Assembly: GCF_001194135.2 (NCBI RefSeq)
Contig: NC_068988.1
Span: 77,990,593-78,048,639, forward strand
Direction of reading: 5' to 3'
DNA from: Octopus bimaculoides
Lineage: Eukaryota
Length of the DNA: 58,047 nt
Numbering within the stretch: the first letter of the stretch is position 1; the number at the start of each line of letters is the position of its first letter. The notes under the pieces are model-generated. The model was not told where the DNA came from. It did not search any database and saw only the letters and a program-made list of their open reading frames with translations. Shown in pieces: positions 51,501-58,047 of this stretch. The translations under genes were made by a program, and so were the position numbers.

Positions 51501-51639
51501 CTCCACAGCAACAAACTTGAAAAAAGCACTTAAGAAACCCTTTGAATAACAGGTATAGAGCAGCAGCCACGAAGACTGAGTAAAGAAAGCAAAATGATAC
51601 ACAAATATACTTAGAGCAATCACAGAAGGAAACAACAAT

Positions 51640-52300
51640 AATAATGCACAAAGAATACATTGAATGTTACATGGGTTGAGGGAGAAGGCTGGAGTGGGGC
51701 TCAAAAGAGGTAAATATTGTGACAAGGTAGCATGTTCCAGAGAGTGTGGATACAGAAGAACCAGGAAGAGTGATGGGTAAGAGTGTAAGACTTAGAGTGA
51801 AGAAGGACAGATGTATACAGCAAATGATTGTAGTGTATGGTGGACATGGGTGGGGGTGGTCAATGCAAGTGGTATGATCAGAATGAGGGATGCTGATTAG
51901 GAATAGTATAATAGAGAGAGAGAGAGAGAGAGAGAGAAGGAGAAAGGGAGAGAGAAGTGACTAACAATACAGAGATGATGATATTGTATGGTCTAAAATA
52001 ACAGGTACTGCTTTCATTTCTCACAACAGCAGAATAATATAGGAAATATGAGAGTGATAGGGTTGTGTGGAGTTAAAGGTTGTAAATGGAGGAAAGATGA
52101 AAAGTAGTTAATAGCCAGAGGGAGAAGATAGGGTCATCAACAGTAGGAATGAGGAATGAATGTTAATGGGAAGTGACAGTGTAGTCAAAGGTTATGAGTG
52201 TGAAGGAGTAAAAAATGGATACAAACATGGGTGGAAGATCATCATGGATAAGTGTGAGGGAGTGGCTCGGGAGAAGGACCAAGTTATTTAGGTGGAGGGA
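51640..52300 (-). mobile_element. L2/Crack/CR1-like LINE C-terminal relic
   Basis: THHSSWFFCIHTLWNMLP resembles the SFFPRTxxLWNSLP motif. Confidence 0.4.
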
Positions 52301-52317
52301 AAGGGGGCTAAGTTATG

Positions 52318-52701
52318 TGTTGTTGTTGGCACTCCATCGCTTACGATGTCGATGGTTCCAGTTGATCCGATCAACGGAACAGCTTGCTCGTTAAATTAAC
52401 GTGCAAGTGGCTGAGCACTCCACAGACACGTGTACCCTTAACGTAGTTCTCAGGGATATTCAGCGTGACAGTGTGACAAGGCTGACCCTTTGAATTACAG
52501 GTACAACAGAAACAGGAAGTAAGAGTGAGAGAAAGTTGTGGTGAAAGAGTACAGCAGGGTTTGCCACCATCCCCTGCCGGAGCCTTGTGAGCTTTAGGTG
52601 TTTTCGCTCAATAAACACTCAAAACGCCCGGTCTGGGAATCGAAACCATGATCCTATGACCGCGAGTCCACTGCCCTAACCACTGGGCCATTGCGCCTCC
52701 A
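52318..52701 (-). mobile_element. Young full-length tRNA-derived SINE (family C) with a 10-bp TSD
   Basis: TSD CTAAGTTATG at 52308-52317 and 52702-52711; head GGAGGCGCAATGGCCCAGTGGTTAGGG...GGTTTCGATTCC; (ACA)n tail; CpGs intact. Confidence 0.92.
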
Positions 52702-52759
52702 CTAAGTTATGCATATAGTGTGCATAGATATCATATTTAGAAAGCTTCAGTTTCAGTAT

Positions 52760-53070
52760 GTGAGTATGACTGGGCAAGTCTTCTTGACTACTGTGTAACA
52801 CTAATGAAAATTGTCCTTAATCATCTTCCTGAGTCTCCCCATTCCACAGTGGTGGGCACTTCTTTATTTAACTGCCAGCATCCATACACTTCTCATCTTC
52901 ATACCAGCACAATCTTCTCTCTTGCACACTACCTTTTATGCCCAGTTTTTCTCTCAACACATTTGCACTTTGTCATAGATGCATACTTCCAGTGGATCAT
53001 GTTCTCTTCACTTCCTTCTAGTCTTCACAGGTCATCCACACTTACAGCCCATGTCTAACTCTCATATATA
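52760..53070 (-). mobile_element. RTE LINE 3' fragment
   Basis: Homologous to 1230-1620. Confidence 0.75.
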
Positions 53071-53596
53071 TACCTGTTACTTGAAAAAAAATCTTTCTCA
53101 GTTCAGTATTTGCTTTGATATGATATATGTATATGCTTTATTATGCTTTAACAGGTTTGAAGAGTTAGCCAGTTGCTGAGAAGTAATCAACCAATAATGC
53201 TGAGTTTTTTTTTTTTTTATTGTTATGGCATTAGTGGAAATTTTGTCTTAAGAAACAGTTTGTTGGTTATAATTATTTTCTACATGCAGTTTCACATTAT
53301 TCTTATTCCTAGTTCTGCAGATGGCTATGAGAAAAGACATGAGGAGAAGAATATTCATGAATATGAGCAAATGACTGAACCTGTGATTTGTTAACGAGCG
53401 TTGCAAATGATGGAAACACAGAATTAATGGCTGTTCAGCACAAAGGGAAAATTGTAATCACTGAGTGCTAAACTAAATCTGGAATAAACTTCTCATCTCA
53501 TTTCTTGGCCATTAGTCAGTATTTGCTTGTGACTGTCTTAAATGGTATTGATGCTGACTGAGATGTCTAATTTAAGTTAAGGTTTGTATACATACA

Positions 53597-53627
<31 letters not shown>

Positions 53628-54034
53628 TTAAACATCTATGAAATGACTTGGAATATTTTTGTTGAGAACTTGTTGTTTAGTGACGTCTCAGCCTTGTTAT
53701 CAAATGCATTCCAGCTATGGCCAGCCAGTACATTAGTGGCTGGATTGTCTAATGGTGTTATGATATTATTTCTAGAGTGCAAGCAGCCAAGAAGAGATTC
53801 CTAAGTGATTAGTTGTGCTGTTCTGAGTATTATTATGAAACCTCAAACTGTTTAACCCCTCAAGTAATATAAAACAGTTTGGTGGTAAATCATGGCAATA
53901 TCTGAACTATACAAGTTTCAAATATAGTAAAAAGCCAGGTAAAAACCTCAGTTCAAAATAGACTTGTTGAATGAACTGTTTGACTGTCTTCTTTATATTA
54001 TATCCTCCTTAATTTTCCTAATCTTTCTCTTTAA

Positions 54035-54396
54035 CCCTTTAGAATGTAAACCAGCAATATCTGGCCCAAATATTCTCCTTGCTTTATGCACAAACTGCTC
54101 AGATCTGGCCTCTCTCACTTAACCAACAAAATCATTCAAAAAATATACAAGCACATGATTGAAACTTTGAAACTATGAGATAATGCATGATTAATTCAAA
54201 ACAATGTGAATAAATAAGTATAGGTGCAGGAGTGGCTATGTGGTAAGTAGCTTGCTTACCAACCACATGGTTCTAGGTTCAGTCCCACTGCATGGCACCT
54301 TGGGAAAGTGTCTTCTACTATAGCCTCGGGTTAACCAAAGCTTTGTGAGTGGATTTGGTAGATGGAAACTGAAAGAAGCCCGTCGTATATATATAT

Positions 54397-54431
<35 letters not shown>

Positions 54432-54654
54432 TCACCCCAACATCGCTTGACAACCGATGCTTGTATGTTTACATCCCTGCAACTTAGTGGTTCGACAAAA
54501 GAGACCAATAGAATAAGTACTATGCTTACTGAGAATAAGTCTTGGGGTCAACCTGCTCAACTAAAAGTAGTACTCCAGCATGGCCACAGTCAAATGACTG
54601 AAACAAATAAAAGAATAAAAGAGCATTTGATAGAGTAATCTGAATACTGAAGGA
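54035..54654. mobile_element. piggyBac-like MITE (second copy) with a nested family A SINE at 54221-54620
   Basis: TTAA at 54031-54034 and 54655-54658; body homologous to 2553-3208. Confidence 0.8.
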
Positions 54655-55599
54655 TTAAAACAGTCTACAATAAAAGTCTCCTTCCATAATGGTTTACGAT
54701 CGTCTGCCTTTGGTCATAACTTAAAATAATAATCCAGGGTCAATCACCTGCAGAAGATATATTTGGTGTGTCCTATTTCTCCACTTTACAATTCATCTTT
54801 CTCAAATCCAAACAATACTCAGTTACTGTTTAATTTTTCTTCTACATTTCTGGCTTGCTCTTTGAATTGCTAAGATTTCTGAAAGCTAGAACTCTTGTAG
54901 TATACCTTTCCTTTTTAATTTCGTGCTTCATCGAGAAATGCTTAAAAGGAAGAATTTGAAATCAGTTTCACTTGAGAAAATGAGGATGTTTTCCAGCCGT
55001 TTGTCCCTGAAAATAAATTCTCAAATGTGTTGCTATTTTCTGTCTGGAAAGAACAGATTCATACACATGCATTGAGAAAACATTTCATTAGAACTAATAT
55101 TCTACATTTCAAAATTTTGTCTCATTATTTCTAAGACAACTTGAAGAATCTTGATTAATCTTGACATAGTTTTCTTTTCATCAGCTTTAAACCACTTAAT
55201 CAGGTCAAAGAACTGCAAATCTTCACTGCTGCAGTAATTACTGCCAGTATCAACAACTTTACAAACAACAACAAGAAGTAAAGACATTATCTGTTGTTCT
55301 TAGTGTAGAATTTGATTTTATTTTACCTTTTTTTATCTATTTTATTATTTTCTTTTTCTTTCTATTTTGCGTGCTGTAGAAAATAATGTAATATTCATCA
55401 AATAAAGTATAAACAAATAATAATAATTCATTAGTTTTGATTTTATTTCTAAATAAAATTAACCTGCTGCGAATATACTTCTACACAGTTCCAACTGATA
55501 ATAGTATTCCAATCTTAGTTTTGCTCAAATGAAATTATTGAGATAATTAACTGGCAATTACATAAAACTGTACTGAACAGTATTCAACCATTCGGATAT

Positions 55600-56350
55600 T
55601 ATTAGCTGGAGAAGAGCAGTGAGTTGGTAGAAATGGAGGAATAGAAGACTAAATGCCATACATTTATTAACTTTCATAGCTTTACACTTTGAGTTCAATT
55701 ACTACATTGGGCTGATAAAACAAATTTCAGAAATGTACTGGTGTTGAGTCAATCAACTGAGTCCTCTCATAAAATATGGCCTTTAACCTAATCAAAATTG
55801 ATATATATTAGAGTGTGTTTTGTGTATGTTCAAGTAGCTGAAATGGTAAAATGCCAGACAAAATGCTTTATAGTCATTGACTAAGTTCCTTTTCATTCTA
55901 AACTTTAATCCTGTAAGGAATGAATTTATCTTTTATTCTTTCATGGTCGATAAAATAAGTACTAATGATATAAGGTTGACTGAACGAACTTTGTCTCTCC
56001 CTTATAGAAATCAATAACAATAAAGCAGTGATGGTGAGAATCAGAGAGTCACAACCAATACAGTTAAATTTCTGATAATATGGTGTCTTTGACCTAATTT
56101 TAACTTCCATCTACTATTTCCCTCAGTTATTTACATTGCTAATATCTGTCAATGGCTTGGTTGTCACGCAACTTCATTGTGTCTTCAGTATATAAAGATG
56201 TGGTGTCTGTGTCAGAAATCAATATCATTTACATCAGTGAAGCAGAAAAACAGCAGGGTTGTTAGAACTTTTGCTAAAATATCTGGATGCCATATAATAG
56301 GACTTTTACTTGTCTATGTTCCGAGTTCCAATCTCACCAAGGTTGATTCT
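55600..56350. mobile_element. Cluster of degenerate family B SINE pieces in both orientations
   Basis: GAGTTCAA(T)TT boxes, TTTCAT(C)...AAATAAGTAC bodies. Confidence 0.5.
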
Positions 56351-56574
56351 GTGATTACATATTCTTTAGAAACAACATTGTAGTGTAGACAGCAGAATTG
56401 ATCCTTTTCTCTTTTTTTATTTACTTTTACAACATTGCTACTACACTGTAAGTATTCACCACATCAGTTCTTTACATTCATTTAGATATGGCAATTATAC
56501 TGAGTGACTTTTGCTCCCTTTCGTAGTTTATTCCCAAAATTAATAAGTTTTCTTCAGATATTCTTTTTTTCAAT

Positions 56575-56776
56575 TCTTTTTACTTGTTTCAGTCATTTGG
56601 CTGTGGCCATGCTGGAGCACTGCCTTTAGTCAACCAGCTAAACAAGTTATTCTTTGTAAGTCTGGTACTTATTTTATCAGTCACTTTTGCTGAACCACTC
56701 AGTTACGGGGACATAAACACACCAGCATCAGTTGTCAAGCGATGGTAGAGGGACAAACACAGACACACACAAATAT

Positions 56777-56800
<24 letters not shown>
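56575..56800 (-). mobile_element. SINE family A 3' half
   Basis: Reverse complement of the family. Confidence 0.8.
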
Positions 56801-56815
<15 letters not shown>

Positions 56816-56819
<4 letters not shown>

Positions 56820-58047
56820 TGAGGAGGGTATTGGATTTAACCAAACCCAAGAGGATACAGGTAATACCAAGTAAGTGCTGTATACCGATTAGTTTGCCCC
56901 AGTCGTTGTATGAACAGGATTGGGGATTATAAGTCGTATATTAGCGTGTGTATATGTAAATATATAAAGATAAAAAGATAAAGAGAGCAATGGTAAGGTT
57001 GGAGAAGTATTTTATGGATAGAGTCTTACAGCTGTTTCTGGGAAGATCCAGTACTTCCCTTCATCGGAGACAGAAAAAATAAAGTAATCTATTATTATAT
57101 CCATAAGCGGATATTTTTAGTATGAAGTGGTAAAGAGTGTGATGCGCTGAAAAAGAGAGAATAGTACTTGAAGTGTAGTTTCATTCCAGTAGTAAAACTC
57201 CGTGTAGAGTAATCCTTATGGGGATAATCCGGAAATAGATGTTGGAACGAAGGCTGATATAGCATAGATAGCAGAGGTGAATATATGACATACTGCGATG
57301 GATTTTAGCTTGTTTACTCGCAGAATGGCCAAGTCAAATGAAGGATGAGCGGTTATTAGGTCAAGTCATGAAGATAGAATGTGAAAGGGGATGGAGGAGA
57401 GATAGAGGTGTAGGATGGTAGCGGTATACTTTAATGGTCAGTTGATCTTACAGGATAGAGGGGATGAGCATATAGAGAGAAGAAGGGATGGGGGGAGATA
57501 AGGTTAAAAGGTCTAGTGGGTAGGAGGGAATGCGCGTATGTAGTATATAGGTGATAAACCAAGGATAGAGATAAAAGGAGAGATGGGTGGGAAAGGTAGT
57601 TAGTAGTATCATATTCAAGAGTGCAGCCAAACCTATTTATAGATGGTGGAAAGGGATTGAGAGAAACGACGTAGTCTGTATGCATAGGTGGTGTTGTAGT
57701 GAATTAGAGAGTAGAAGAAATAGATTTGGAGGTATATATATGTGGTGATATGATCGAAAGAAAATAATCCTATTCAAAAGATAGTAAAAGATGGATGTTT
57801 TTGCCAGGTTGAATAGGTTGTCTGTTGGGGGTCGTGTAATTATGTTGCGTGATCGTTTGTGCAATTTTGCTTGTGATAGAACTTAAATGTGTGGAAAGAG
57901 CGGTGATGGCAGTTCCTAAACGCTTTGTTATATCGATTAAGTAGAGTGGGAGAATTGTATTTTAAAATATGGAACGCCTCCGTTAGGCAAAGCTTGCAGT
58001 TGGAGCGCTGGCCCTGGTATGGAGTTCCAGAATCTAAGATGGACCAT
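56816..58047 (-). mobile_element. PLE 3' end: GIY-YIG C-terminus plus 3'UTR/pLTR, ending at (TA)n
   Basis: WSILDSGTPYQGQRSNCKLCLTEAFHILKYNSPTLLNRYNKAFRNCHH (57840-58047); HHR in the 3'UTR. Confidence 0.85.
57023..57071 (-). ncRNA. Minimal type I hammerhead ribozyme in a PLE 3'UTR
   Basis: GUCU-CCGAUGA-A-GGGAAG-UACUGGAU-CUUCCC-A-GAAA-CAGCUG-UA-AGAC; U4C variant; palindromic stem III. Confidence 0.8.

Noticed and set aside
52630-52701. tRNA-like sequence, also at 47820-47890 and 14505-14550
   Set aside because: SINE heads: continuous with repeat bodies, no complete cloverleaf

Overview
This is repeat-dense, AT-rich metazoan genomic DNA. The tRNA-derived SINE families, RTE/R4/Penelope content and microsatellite load point to a coleoid cephalopod, probably an octopus; this is an inference, not a database result. 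I found no host protein-coding exon that I can support, so the window looks intergenic or intronic. It has three large N gaps and one small one. It contains: at least five Penelope-like element (PLE) relics from at least two clades; RTE LINE fragments carrying an internal PHD-like Zn finger; R4/Dong-type RLE LINE fragments; three mariner elements with both TIRs, one Hsmar1-like and nearly full length; piggyBac-like and pogo-like MITEs; several foldback palindromes; and many SINEs. The most notable signal is a dispersed set of type I hammerhead-ribozyme (HHR) motifs. Three have an intact catalytic core, one has a U4C change, one is decayed and one is a half-motif trapped in a palindrome. Most have short (near-)palindromic stem III, three have a purine-purine apposition at 10.1/11.1, and most sit in small microsatellite-flanked cassettes. 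One cassette has a 535-bp tandem period plus an inverted terminus. Together these suggest a PLE-mobilised, retrozyme-like non-autonomous system. All alignments and folds were done by eye.
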